A stretch of DNA of 62,046 nt, from contig NC_068981.1 in the NCBI RefSeq assembly GCF_001194135.2, forward strand, positions 113,201,383-113,263,428, written 5' to 3'. Within the stretch, counting starts at the first letter, position 1. The number at the start of each line of letters is the position of its first letter. Source of the stretch: Octopus bimaculoides. Its lineage: Eukaryota. Shown piece by piece: positions 33,752 to 45,009 of this stretch. The position numbers and the translations under genes are program-made. The notes under the pieces are model-generated. The model was not told where the DNA came from. It worked only from the letters and a program-made list of their open reading frames with translations, and did not search any database.

Positions 33752-35921
33752 TTATTACCTCTGCCTTAGCGAAGGCAGAAGTATTGTTTACAGTCATATT
33801 TGTTTGTTTGTTTGTCCGTGGACAAGATATCTCAAGAACCGCTGGATGGATTTGGATGAAACTTTCAGGGATGTTTGGCCTCATGACTGGTACAAACCGA
33901 TTAGATTTTAGGATTGATCCAGTACCAGACAAGGATTCTGGATTGCGGGCAACACATGAAATCTTTCGAGCGGGATCATTACCAGTGCCCCTGGACTGGC
34001 TCATGTGCGGGCAACACGTGATATCTTTCGAGCGAGACCGTTGCCAGTGCCCCTGGACTGGCTCTTGTGCGGGCGACACATGAAATGTTTCGAGCGGGAT
34101 CATTGCCAGTGCCCCTGGACTGGCTCATGTGCGGGAGACACATGAAATCTTTCGAGCGGGATTGATGCCAGTGCCCCTGNNNNNNNNNNNNNNNNNNNNN
34201 NNNNNNNNNNNNNNNNNNNNNNNNNNNNNNNNNNNNNNNNNNNNNNNNNNNNNNNNNNNNNNNNNNNNNNNNNNNNNNNNNNNNNNNNNNNNNNNNNNNN
34301 NNNNNNNNNNNNNNNNNNNNNNNNNNNNNNNNNNNNNNNNNNNNNNNNNNNNNNNNNNNNNNNNNNNNNNNNNNNNNNNNNNNNNNNNNNNNNNNNNNNN
34401 NNNNNNNNNNNNNNNNNNNNNNNNNNNNNNNNNNNNNNNNNNNNNNNNNNNNNNNNNNNNNNNNNNNNNNNNNNNNNNNNNNNNNNNNNNNNNNNNNNNN
34501 NNNNNNNNNNNNNNNNNNNNNNNNNNNNNNNNNNNNNNNNNNNNNNNNNNNNNNNNNNNNNNNNNNNNNNNNNNNNNNNNNNNNNNNNNNNNNNNNNNNN
34601 NNNNNNNNNNNNNNNNNNNNNNNNNNNNNNNNNNNNNNNNNNNNNNNNNNNNNNNNNNNNNNNNNNNNNNNNNNNNNNNNNNNNNNNNNNNNNNNNNNNN
34701 NNNNNNNNNNNNNNNNNNNNNNNNNNNNNNNNNNNNNNNNNNNNNNNNNNNNNNNNNNNNNNNNNNNNNNNNNNNNNNNNNNNNNNNNNNNNNNNNNNNN
34801 NNNNNNNNNNNNNNNNNNNNNNNNNNNNNNNNNNNNNNNNNNNNNNNNNNNNNNNNNNNNNNNNNNNNNNNNNNNNNNNNNNNNNNNNNNNNNNNNNNNG
34901 CGGGTGACACGTAAAAGCACCCACTACACTCTCTGAGTGGTTGGCGTTAGGAAGGGCATCCAGCTGTAGAAACTCTGCCAAATTAGATTGGAGCCTGGTG
35001 TTGCCATCCGGTTTCACCAGTCCTCAGTCAAATCGTCCAACCCATGCTAGCATGGAAGGCGGACTTTAAACGATGATGATGATGATGATGACTTTACATG
35101 AGTCAAGTCTTTCTCTGATTACCTCCCTTGAAAGCATGCTCATGGTTTCCAAGTAAGTTATGGCAGTGTTGCTGTTTCCAAAGTTTTATTTTCATTTCTC
35201 TATTATTAATTTTACTTGCGTCTCTATCTTAGTAGAAACTGATGGATAAAGAAATCAAACTACATAAACAAACGGCAGCAAAACTCTTCAGAAATTAAAT
35301 AACACTAACATTTTCAGCAACAATAATAAATTTAATTTATCCTTGACAATTTTTAGTTTTACCAATTTTGAATATATTGCTCCTGTTTAAAAGCTCTTAC
35401 CTACTTGATAATTGCATTTCTAGCTCTGCCTTGATGGAAGCTTTACTTCTTGGACTCACATTTTTGTGCACAACAATGTTGTTAAACCTCTGTTAACAGC
35501 ACCGTACGCAGGTCCTTTCTGTTTTCCTTCATTCTCAGATAAATTTTTCACTATAAAACCTTAGTGGTCATAAAGACACTATATCAGTGGATAGACTAAA
35601 AAAGCCCATCACAGAGAAAACTGTCCCCATTCCCACTGCAGACGACACACATACAGCATTACAAACATGGCATGCACACCCACCTTCACGTTCCATGACT
35701 ACCATTGGGATCGATCAGGTACCAAACAAGGAGTCTGGATTATTCTTCCATATTTTTTACTTAATTTTTGAGAGCAGTCGGGTTCATTTTTAGTATTCTT
35801 GTTTGTGAGAGCATTAGAGTTTATTTCAGATATTCTCATTTTAAAAATCATCTCTGACTAATCGTTGAGAGGATGTTGGTGTTGCCTTGGCGGAGGTTTG
35901 CACTCTCTGAGTGCTCTTGTT
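33752..35921 (+). mobile_element. Helentron-associated (HINE/DINE-1-like) non-autonomous element termini bracketing other DNA
   Basis: 5' subTIR acctctgcc (33757-65), hairpin ctgcctt-agcg-aaggcag and (GTTT)n; 3' subTIR ggcggaggt (35889-97) and stem-loop gcactc-tct-gagtgc (35900-14). Confidence 0.65.
33945..35091 (+). repeat. 62-bp minisatellite plus RTE 3' tail (gap 34180-34899)
   Basis: Unit starts at 33945, 34007, 34069, 34131; after the gap comes the canonical RTE 3' end and (GAT)n. Confidence 0.9.
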
Positions 35922-36806
35922 CAGTTTTATTTTCAACTTATTTTGATTTGTCACCTTTAAATCTTTATTTTTGTCCCTTGGTTCCCAAATGAGCATACAT
36001 CTTCATAGCACTACTATTTTTTAAATTAATGCTATGAGTATCTATTTCTAGCACCACTATAACCAGGTGAGCCCTAAGTCTCCCCCCACTTTTATTAGTA
36101 TCAGGACCCCTCTAATCCTCATTATCTTTCACAACCACCTTATTATCATCACAACCCACTCCCTTCCCAGTGGTCACTTAAAGGATGACATTTTCTAACA
36201 TCTACTATTCTTCATCCCTTTATCTAGCTGTCTATATACATATACCTACTAACCTCTCTTGACATGCATACTCTCACTATATTAACTAGTATATATTTAC
36301 TCTACTACATCTACCTGTCTGTCATTCTTCCACACTATAGTATAATATTCCTATTCAACCCTCATTCATTCTCTATTCAAATTTGAAACTGGTAACTACC
36401 ACAAATTCTTGCCATGGATTATCATCAAACTTTCTCATTTGAAACTGTTAATGGGCATTACCTATAACTTATTTGATCATGGAACTGCCAAATGCATACC
36501 TATTTTACTCTGATCCTTCACCCACTTTTGACAAACTGGAATATACTAATATCCTCGATTGGAAACTTTCCCTTGCTTTTACATCTCTCTCTGACTTCTC
36601 CCTCTCCAATGACAGTATACTCAGCCTATGGAATCCTTACTCATTATGATGATCCACATGCTTGGCTATTCTAGAAACAGCTTTAAGAGACTGTGTATGT
36701 TTATATTTTCTATCTAGATTAAATGTCCTTTTCAAGTGATGCCAAACGTTTTGCTTTTTCATTTTTACTTTAATTATTTATATATATATATATAGATATA
36801 TATATA

Positions 36807-37972
36807 CTAGCAGACATACCCGGCGTTGCTTGGGATTTAAATGGCATAGTTTGTATATATGGTATACTTAAGGTGAAACATGTGATATGGGGAAGTGCAG
36901 CATTGACGACAAAACATTTGTGGAGTAAATGAAGGGCTAATTGAACTTAGTGGCATGTCATGCATCTGTTTGGAAGATTCAAGGTCCTAACCTTGTCATG
37001 GAAAAGTGGGTGGGGTGTATGTGATTTTTGAACGCACAAAAAATCTCTCAGTGGATATACTTTCATTTGCAGCTGTCGCTGCCACGCTGAATAATCCAGC
37101 AGGCATAGAACTACACCTAGGTGATAAATTAAGCCTGTCGGTGCACTCAATAGCACCACATGAGAGAAATCTGCATGAAAGAAATGATGTGGCAAGGGGT
37201 GGGGGGTTAGCAAAGAAGTGCTTCAAAACAACACTGTCATGCGATATTTCTATTTCGAATCAATAGTCATTGCTCAACCGTGCACTCCTTCATGTAAACA
37301 GCATGTGACGAAAATTTTGCATGCAGCATCATATGGTATGTCACATTAAGGACATAGTCTCTAACAAACGTGGTTGGGTCACATGATACTGGGTTGCTGA
37401 TGTGGTTGGGAATCAATAAAAAAAGGTCTAACTAAAGTGGTTGGGTCTTAGACACCATAAATTATTAGGTTAATGTACATCTGATATTTCAGTTTGTAAT
37501 CAATAGCTGAAGAAAATTTGTATGGGCATCGTCTATATTTAGAAGGAAGACTGATACTGAAGCTAAAAAAAAATAGTTGAATAATTGCTCAGGATTTAAC
37601 ATATTTTAGCATATTTTTCATAATAAGCATAGTGCATTCCAAGCAGTTTTTATTCCGACAAATTGCTACCACTTAGTTAACGCAATTTGAAGTCTTCATC
37701 GGTTCATACATTTAATACAAACATAAGTATGTCATCAAGAATAATGTCCCTTGAAGTAACCAAGTTATGCGATTAGTCATATTGTTTACCTAGGAAAGGG
37801 AGTTTTCTGCCCCCAGTGGCACCATTATTCATTATGAGAAAAATTTTAAGAATCTAGAACCATCTCTGGAACATAAGTAATATATGTTCTCAGTTTGGAG
37901 AAAATCAGTGGTAAACTTCAGAAGTTTTGCAGGTTTACACACACACACACATCCTCAGTTTTATATATATAG
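36807..37972 (-). mobile_element. Non-autonomous Helitron
   Basis: A|CTAG (36807-10) with subterminal GC hairpin cccggcgttgcttggg (36819-34); the other end is acacacac..ttttatatatatag. Confidence 0.7.
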
Positions 37973-39594
37973 TAGCAGTATTACCCTTCCTTAATTGGGT
38001 AATTACTTTTACTCTTTTTCAGGAGCCACATTCAAAGTCTTATGATATATATAGATTTACTCCTCCTGCATGTGTGTATTTTATAAGAAAAAAAACATAT
38101 AATAACTGAAGTAGAAAAAAGATCAGTTTCATACATGAACTTCTGTTTGTTTATTCTATGATAATAATAAGTGAGTTGTATGTGTTATTTTATATATCAA
38201 TACATTAATGGCAATTATATAATACACAAGGCTTTGGTTGGCATAGAACTCTAATGAAAGAAAATTGCCCAACGTGCTGCATAATGGGACTGAACCATAC
38301 AGCCACGCCTATAAAGGAGAGATACATTTTGGATAATATACTCCTTGATACAATATACTTAACAAAAAGATGGGATGTTTACGGCAAGAAGACCTTTGAT
38401 TTTAATATTTACTCGAGCAATGCAACAACTAACAATGCTACACCATACAGAGTGTTCCAGAATCTATCCATTTTAATGAAATTGAGCAAATTAAAAAAAA
38501 CTGACAGAATTTTATGTTTATTACCAAGACAAATAGATTCATAAATCTGACGTTGAACTTTTATTGGAAAGTTTCAATATGTCTGTGTCCCTGCATACTT
38601 CAAATCTCTCCTTAGGGCTGTGAAACACATTTTGAGGCATTTCAGGAGTTAGTTCCTGCATTGCTAACTGAATGTGTTCTTTAAGCTCAGCTAAACGGTT
38701 GTTCTATCTTGGGGATGGGGGTAAAAAAATGATTGCTGCCAAATTGAAAAAAAGCTGTCATGGACAAATAAGGTGGGGTTCAACAGGAATGAAAGAAATT
38801 ATAAACAAAATTCAAAATTTATACACTTTTAACACATATTAAACATGATAAACATAAATAAAAGTGAGTTTTAAAAAATGCATCCGATTTCACTCAAATC
38901 ATCATTAATCCGGGGACTCCTTGTATTCACTTGTCCGACTAAATGAGGGAGGGAAAACAGGGGGTGACTAATTGCAGGTGGCGAGCGTAGCCTCCGGAGG
39001 TGATCTCGCAGTCAAACTCAAATGGCTGTGAGTCACAACAGTTAGCAGTTTGTTTTTTTGTATGAACATTTTGTACTATATATAGTTCAGACATGGATGA
39101 CATAGAAAGCAGACATGCTACTGAGCCATGCTGTGTTGCACAGGATTGGAAACATGAAACATCAACAGGGCACTTCTGAAGAATGGATGAATGAGTTTGT
39201 TCTGCCTTTATCTAGTTGCACACACATGCACATGGCCCAGCAGTGTGCGGGATGGTAACATGAAGCATCAACAAAGAGCTGACAAAAATTTTAACATTCT
39301 TCTCATTTCCTCTGCCAAATTGGACAAAAGGGTTTTCATGAAATATCTTACACTACTTATAATGCATAAGTAGTGTCAATATTTTATCGTTTGGAAATGG
39401 CCTAAAAAAAGATAAAACCCAGTGCAGTATACTCAAATCTGATTAATCTGCATTGGGGCGGGGGCATAGTGAGTGTTGGAAATTGGCCCATGACACTCCA
39501 TTGACCCTATGTAATGCATGTGTAAAATTTCATTAAAATAGGTTGGGTGGATCTTGAGTTTTAACGACATGACAGACACACATCATGTGTTTTA

Positions 39595-39600
<6 letters not shown>
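37973..39600 (-). mobile_element. Possible second non-autonomous Helitron, head-to-tail with the previous one
   Basis: Starts tagcagtattaccc, like ctagcagtataaccc at 60931; ends with aaaatttcattaaaataggtt...gacagacacacatc..tttatatcta, a Helitron-like terminus. Confidence 0.45.
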
Positions 39601-39629
<29 letters not shown>

Positions 39630-39995
39630 ATATATANNNNNNNNNNNNNNNNNNNNNNNNNNNNNNNNNNNNNNNNNNNNNNNNNNNNNNNNNNNNNNNN
39701 NNNNNNNNNNNNNNNNNNNNNNNNNNNNNNNNNNNNATATATATATATATATATATATACAGGCATACCTCACCCTACATCATTAATTGATTCCAGGAGA
39801 TATGACTTAAGTTGAAAAATGGCTTAAATTGACTTAACTTGTCTTTAGGCTAGGCTAGGCCGAATTTACTTGTCTCTAGGCTAAACTGATAATAAGCATT
39901 CCCAGTTCTGTACTTTATTTATGAATGCATTTCTGGAAAAAAATTATTATAATATTTTCTCGTCATCAATAGACGCAGATAAATAACCGCTGCCA

Positions 39996-40223
39996 ATGGA
40001 GACTTTCAACATTGATATATCCATGAAAGATATACCTATCCCACCAAAGAAAATCTACATGGAGCAGCTTATCCATAAGACGCATTCTTTCATAAATAGA
40101 ATTCGTTGGAGAGCACACTTCTGGGATAACAAAGGAAAACAAGAAAACACATCAGATAAAGGATCGAAATATAAAAAAATCTTTAAATCTAGAAATAATC
40201 CGCCTTACAACCATGGACTAGAT
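39996..40223 (+). mobile_element. Penelope-like element N-terminal fragment inside the Tigger
   Basis: ISMKDIPIPPKKIYMEQLIHKTHSFINRIRWRAHFW...FKSRNNPP, typical of a PLE ORF N-terminus; followed by gap 40224-40453. Confidence 0.65.
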
Positions 40224-40601
40224 NNNNNNNNNNNNNNNNNNNNNNNNNNNNNNNNNNNNNNNNNNNNNNNNNNNNNNNNNNNNNNNNNNNNNNNNNNNNN
40301 NNNNNNNNNNNNNNNNNNNNNNNNNNNNNNNNNNNNNNNNNNNNNNNNNNNNNNNNNNNNNNNNNNNNNNNNNNNNNNNNNNNNNNNNNNNNNNNNNNNN
40401 NNNNNNNNNNNNNNNNNNNNNNNNNNNNNNNNNNNNNNNNNNNNNNNNNNNNNTTACATTATAAGGAGCAAAAGCTTTGTGACAAGCCCCCATAATCTTG
40501 GAAAAGCATTGAGCATTTGGATCCATATCCTCGAACATAGAAAGACCTTTTTCAATATATGCAAATGCTTGCTGCATTTTCTTAATGGTAAAGTGACATG
40601 G

Positions 40602-40697
40602 CTCTTCTTTATTTTGCTGCTCGTGAAGCTCTTTCTCTTCTTTATTTTGCTGCTCATGAAGCTCTTCCTCTTCTTTATTTTGCTGCTCGTGAAGCTC
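40602..40697 (-). repeat. 33-bp x3 in-frame tandem repeat in the Tigger transposase C-terminus
   Basis: Units at 40602, 40635 and 40668 encode ELHEQQNKEE(E/K/P). Confidence 0.9.
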
Positions 40698-41453
40698 TCT
40701 CAAATCCTCATTCATCACTGGCTGCTTGTCTTTTTCAAGTAAACTTGTGAAATTTTCCTCCTCCAAATCCATTTCCAGTTCTTTGCTCATAGTCACCAAC
40801 GCTTTGTTGATGGTAACATTATCAAACCCCTTAAAATCATTCACAAATTGTGGTAAAGCTTCCTCCATTCATAGCTGTGCTGTATACATCATTCCATGCT
40901 GCTGCTATGTTCTGTACAGCCTTGTAGATATCATATCTCTTCCAAAAGTCACAAAGTGTGATGGATTTATCAAGATCAGTTGCAGCTATTGCTTGCCACA
41001 GCATACACTTCATATAATAATGCTTGAAGGTAGTAATTATTCTCTGATCCATTAACTGCAGAAGAGACATGGTGTTCAGACGGAGGTATACAACAGTAAT
41101 GTTGGGGTCAAAATCTACAATGTTTTGTGGGTGGCCAGGAACATTAACTAAAGATAGGTAAAACCTTAAAAGGAATTCCCTTCTCTTTACAGTACATCTC
41201 TATTGTTAGGATAAAATGATTGAAGACCCAATCTTCAAAAACTCCAACAGTAACCCATGCTTTTGAATTAGCCATCTATATAACAGGGTGATATACCTTG
41301 GGTACGTTCTTCAGGGTATTGGGGTTGTGTGCATGATACACAAGCAATAGCTTTAACTCAAAATCTCCTGCACAATTATCTCCCAACATAATGGTCACAC
41401 GTTCTTTTGAGACCTTGTAGCTTGGAATAGTTTTCTCCTCCTTGGAAATGAAT

Positions 41454-42667
41454 CATCATCATCATCATCATCATTAACATCCGCTTTCCTTGCTAGCATG
41501 GGTTGGACGATTTGACTGAAGACTGGTGAACCAGATGGCTACACCAGGCTCCAATCTGATTTGGCAGAGTTTCTACAGCTGTTGCCAGTGCCCCTGAACT
41601 GGCTCTTGTGTGGGGCCGTCGTAGGATTTTCGAGTGAGATCGTTTGCCAGTGCCCCTGGACTGGTTCTTGTGCGGGTGACACATGAAATGTTTCGAGCGA
41701 GATTGTTGCCAGTGCCCCTGAACTGGCTCTTGTGCGGGGCCGTCGTAGGATTTTCGAGCGATATCATTGCCAGTGCACCTGGACTGGCTCATGTGCNNNN
41801 NNNNNNNNNNNNNNNNNNNNNNNNNNNNNNNNNNNNNNNNNNNNNNNNNNNNNNNNNNNNNNNNNNNNNNNNNNNNNNNNNNNNNNNNNNNNNNNNNNNN
41901 NNNNNNNNNNNNNNNNNNNNNNNNNNNNNNNNNNNNNNNNNNNNNNNNNNNNNNNNNNNNNNNNNNNNNNNNNNNNNNNNNNNNNNNNNNNNNNNNNNNN
42001 NNNNNNNNNNNNNNNNNNNNNNNNNNNNNNNNNNNNNNNNNNNNNNNNNNNNNNNNNNNNNNNNNNNNNNNNNNNNNNNNNNNNNNNNNNNNNNNNNNNN
42101 NNNNNNNNNNNNNNNNNNNNNNNNNNNNNNNNNNNNNNNNNNNNNNNNNNNNNNNNNNNNNNNNNNNNNNNNNNNNNNNNNNNNNNNNNNNNNNNNNNNN
42201 NNNNNNNNNNNNNNNNNNNNNNNNNNNNNNNNNNNNNNNNNNNNNNNNNNNNNNNNNNNNNNNNNNNNNNNNNNNNNNNNNNNNNNNNNNNNNNNNNNNN
42301 NNNNNNNNNNNNNNNNNNNNNNNNNNNNNNNNNNNNNNNNNNNNNNNNTGGAGTGGTTGGCGTTAGGAAGGGCATCCAGCTGTAGAAACTCTGCCAAATC
42401 AGATTGGAGCCTGGTGTAGCCATCTGGTTTCACCAGTCCTCAGTCAAATCGTCCAACCCATGCTAGCATGGAAAGCAGACATTGAACGACGACGACGACG
42501 ATGTCCTGCCTAACGCCAACCACTCCAAGAGAGTAGTGGGTGCTTTTACGTGCCACTGGCACGAAGGCCAGTCAGGCGGTACTGGCAATGGCCACGCTCA
42601 AAATGGTGTATTTTACATGCCACCTGCACAGGAGCCAGTCCAGCAGCACTGGCAATGACCTTGCTCG
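41454..42667 (-). mobile_element. RTE 3'-UTR-only element (outer) inserted into the Tigger DDE region with TSD aatgaat
   Basis: aatgaat at 41447-53 and 42668-74; (CAT)n tail at 41454; the element is split at 41581/42500. Confidence 0.85.
41582..42499 (+). mobile_element. Inner RTE-tail element with 62-bp A/B minisatellite, in opposite orientation (gap 41797-42348)
   Basis: Units at 41582, 41644, 41706, 41767; canonical 3' end at 42349-42499 with (GAC)n tail. Confidence 0.85.
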
Positions 42668-43707
42668 AATGAATTTGGCATTTTTTCCCAATACAATCCA
42701 GTTCATCTACGTTAAAAATCTGTTTAAGATTTTCTTTAATGCATTAAGAAATTCCACTGCTGTTTGTTTGTTAGCTGATGCACTTTCACTTTGCTTCTTA
42801 ATGGAGTGATAACTTCTTCACTCCTTAAATCTCATGAACTATCCTTGACTTGCCTTGAACTCTACATCTTTCTCATCTGGATATTTTTTCTTCAGTTCCT
42901 CAAACAAAGACAACGCTTTCTCTTGAATGATTTCTTGATCAATAGTAGTATGCTGACGATTCAACTTAACAATCCAAAGAGAAAGAAGACTTTCCATTTC
43001 TTCAAAGATTTTGCCTCTTGTCTTATTGATGACAGTGTTCTTCATCCCTGGGCTTCAGATTTGATATGTGCTAAAATTTGGTCCTTATGTACAATTGTCG
43101 ATACAGTTGTCCAACTCATCCCAAAAGATCGTGCAACTGCTACCACTTTTTCACCTTTTTCATGGTGTTTTATCATACCCAGTTTATCTTCCAGCATCAT
43201 AGCATGATACTTAGCACTTTCAATATGAATTTTCTTAGAAGCCATGGGGGCAAAAAATAAAGTCACCAATGAATGAGAATGAGAAAGTAGCCGATAAACA
43301 GACAAAAACTTATCTGAATTCAAAACAGTCGCAGGAGTCACAAGTGACAACGACGCCTAAGAGTAGATATTAGAACTACAGTGCAATAAGAGCTGTGAAA
43401 AACCAATAAATAAGACAACACAGCTGATTTCGTTCACTAACCTACACTACTTTATGGTGTGTATCTTAACATTTACTGTATTTTAATATGATTTTGTATG
43501 CTTTTATTCTTACTTATTGTACAGTAATATGATTTTATGTGCTTTTAACGGTTTTCTAGTGATTTTACGATTCCAATATTTGTGGCAGACAGATATAAAG
43601 TCAAGTTAAATGACTTGACTCAATTTTTATTTTTCCATATATTATTTTTGAAAACCAATGTATAATCAAAAACGACTTCAATCAAAACAACTTAAGTCAA
43701 GGTATAC

Positions 43708-43710
<3 letters not shown>

Positions 43711-43774
<64 letters not shown>
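43711..43774. repeat. (TA)32 microsatellite
   Basis: Seen directly. Confidence 0.97.
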
Positions 43775-43776
<2 letters not shown>

Positions 43777-44148
43777 CATATATATTGTTTGATAGAGATG
43801 GAGTAAGTTAAATAATGTCATGAGAATTTTAAAACTTTGTGAAATATGAAATTAATCATTTTGAAAGGTGGAACTCAAAGTAGATAAAGCTATAAATAAC
43901 AACATATAGGTTAATCCCTTGCAGATGGAAAAAGTTGAAGGCTGCCTGCAAGACATGAATGAACCTGTATCTTCTGTAAACATGATGGGACATTTGTCAT
44001 GTTTATAGATATGGGTTCACACCCCAAAAGCAGTTTTCAACTTTTTCCATCATAAGGGTTTAACCCAACATTCTACATGCTATTATTTGTAGCTTTATCT
44101 ACATTGCATTCCACCATTAAACAGGTAAATTTATCTGTATTTTCTCAG

Positions 44149-44310
44149 GTTGTTTTGTGTTTCTCACCTGTTGGTGCTACTCTTCGAGTGAGAAGTCGGA
44201 AATTTCCTGCAATTACAAATTGTACTAGCATCAACTGGTTCCATGAATGGCCACAAGAAGCTTTGATTTCTGTCAGCCAAAGATTCCTCCAAGAAGCCAA
44301 TTTATTAAGT
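44149..44310 (+). CDS. DNAH9/DNAH17-like: Dynein heavy chain exon C (end of AAA4)
   Basis: Acceptor ttttctcag|44149. [47 protein letters not shown] continues exon B directly. Donor AGT|gtaagt, phase 0. Confidence 0.95.
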
Positions 44311-44542
44311 GTAAGTAATTTGTTGTTTTTTTTTTATATATATATTTCCAAATATCTTAAATGAGTTGTTAATAAGATCACTATTAGCTTCACCTTCAAA
44401 GATAAAATCTTTTATAATTTTTACATCTCCCTTTCAATTGGTTTGACCTTTAATTACAATGAATGTTAAGATAATATTAAGGAACATCAATATATTATTT
44501 ATTAACATAATTTACAAGTACTTTTTTTCCTTTCTTTTGCAG

Positions 44543-44776
44543 GAAGAAAAATGTCAATCTGTTTCTAACTTTTTAGCTTATGCTCACAAAACTGTAAATG
44601 ACATAAGTGTTTTATATCTGCAAAATGAAAGACGTTATAACTACACAACTCCTAAAAGTTTCTTGGAACAAATTAAACTCTATGTAAATCTTCTGAGAGA
44701 AAAGAGCCTCAATCTGCAGGCACAAATTATTAGGTTAGAAAATGGATTAGAAAAGCTGAATGAGACTTCATCACAG
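44543..44776 (+). CDS. DNAH9/DNAH17-like: Dynein heavy chain exon D (post-AAA4, start of stalk coiled coil)
   Basis: Acceptor ttcttttgcag|44543. EEKCQSVSNFLAYAH...RYNYTTPKSFLEQIKLY...RLENGLEKLNETSSQ. Donor CAG|gtaaag, phase 0. Confidence 0.95.
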
Positions 44777-45009
44777 GTAAAGAAGAATTTAAAATTTGTT
44801 GAAAATTACTAATATGAAAATTAGAAGTGACTTATAAATTTTATAGGCTTTGGTTTTGAACTGCTGCAATCTGAGTTCAAATTTTGATGTGGTTGACTTT
44901 ATCTTTTATTTTTTAGTCAGTTGATTAAAAAATATATACTGCTCTATAAATGTATATGATTATAAAGATTTTATATGCATGTTTTCTTCTATTTTTAATA
45001 ATTTGAATT

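Larger units (their letters stand above)
39760..43710 (-). mobile_element. Tigger/pogo DNA transposon with both TIRs, interrupted by nested insertions
   Basis: TIRs caggcatacctc (39760) and ggtatacctg (ends 43710) flanked by TA. CENP-B HTHs (EDKLGMIKHHEKG..VARSFG; SLWI...IQEKALSLF...FKASQG) and DDE region (FISKEEK...KVSKERVT; LLQLMDQRIITTFKHYY). Confidence 0.9.

Noticed and set aside
36947-37266. Overlapping short ORFs inside the non-autonomous Helitron, and similar ones at 38254-38544 and 61135-61326, as captured host genes
   Set aside because: No recognisable domain or splice-site pair; not supportable by eye.
33945-41796. 62-bp periodic arrays with a palindromic core, superficially CRISPR-like
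   Set aside because: Whole units are near-identical with no unique spacers, there are no cas genes, and the context is a eukaryotic LINE 3' UTR.
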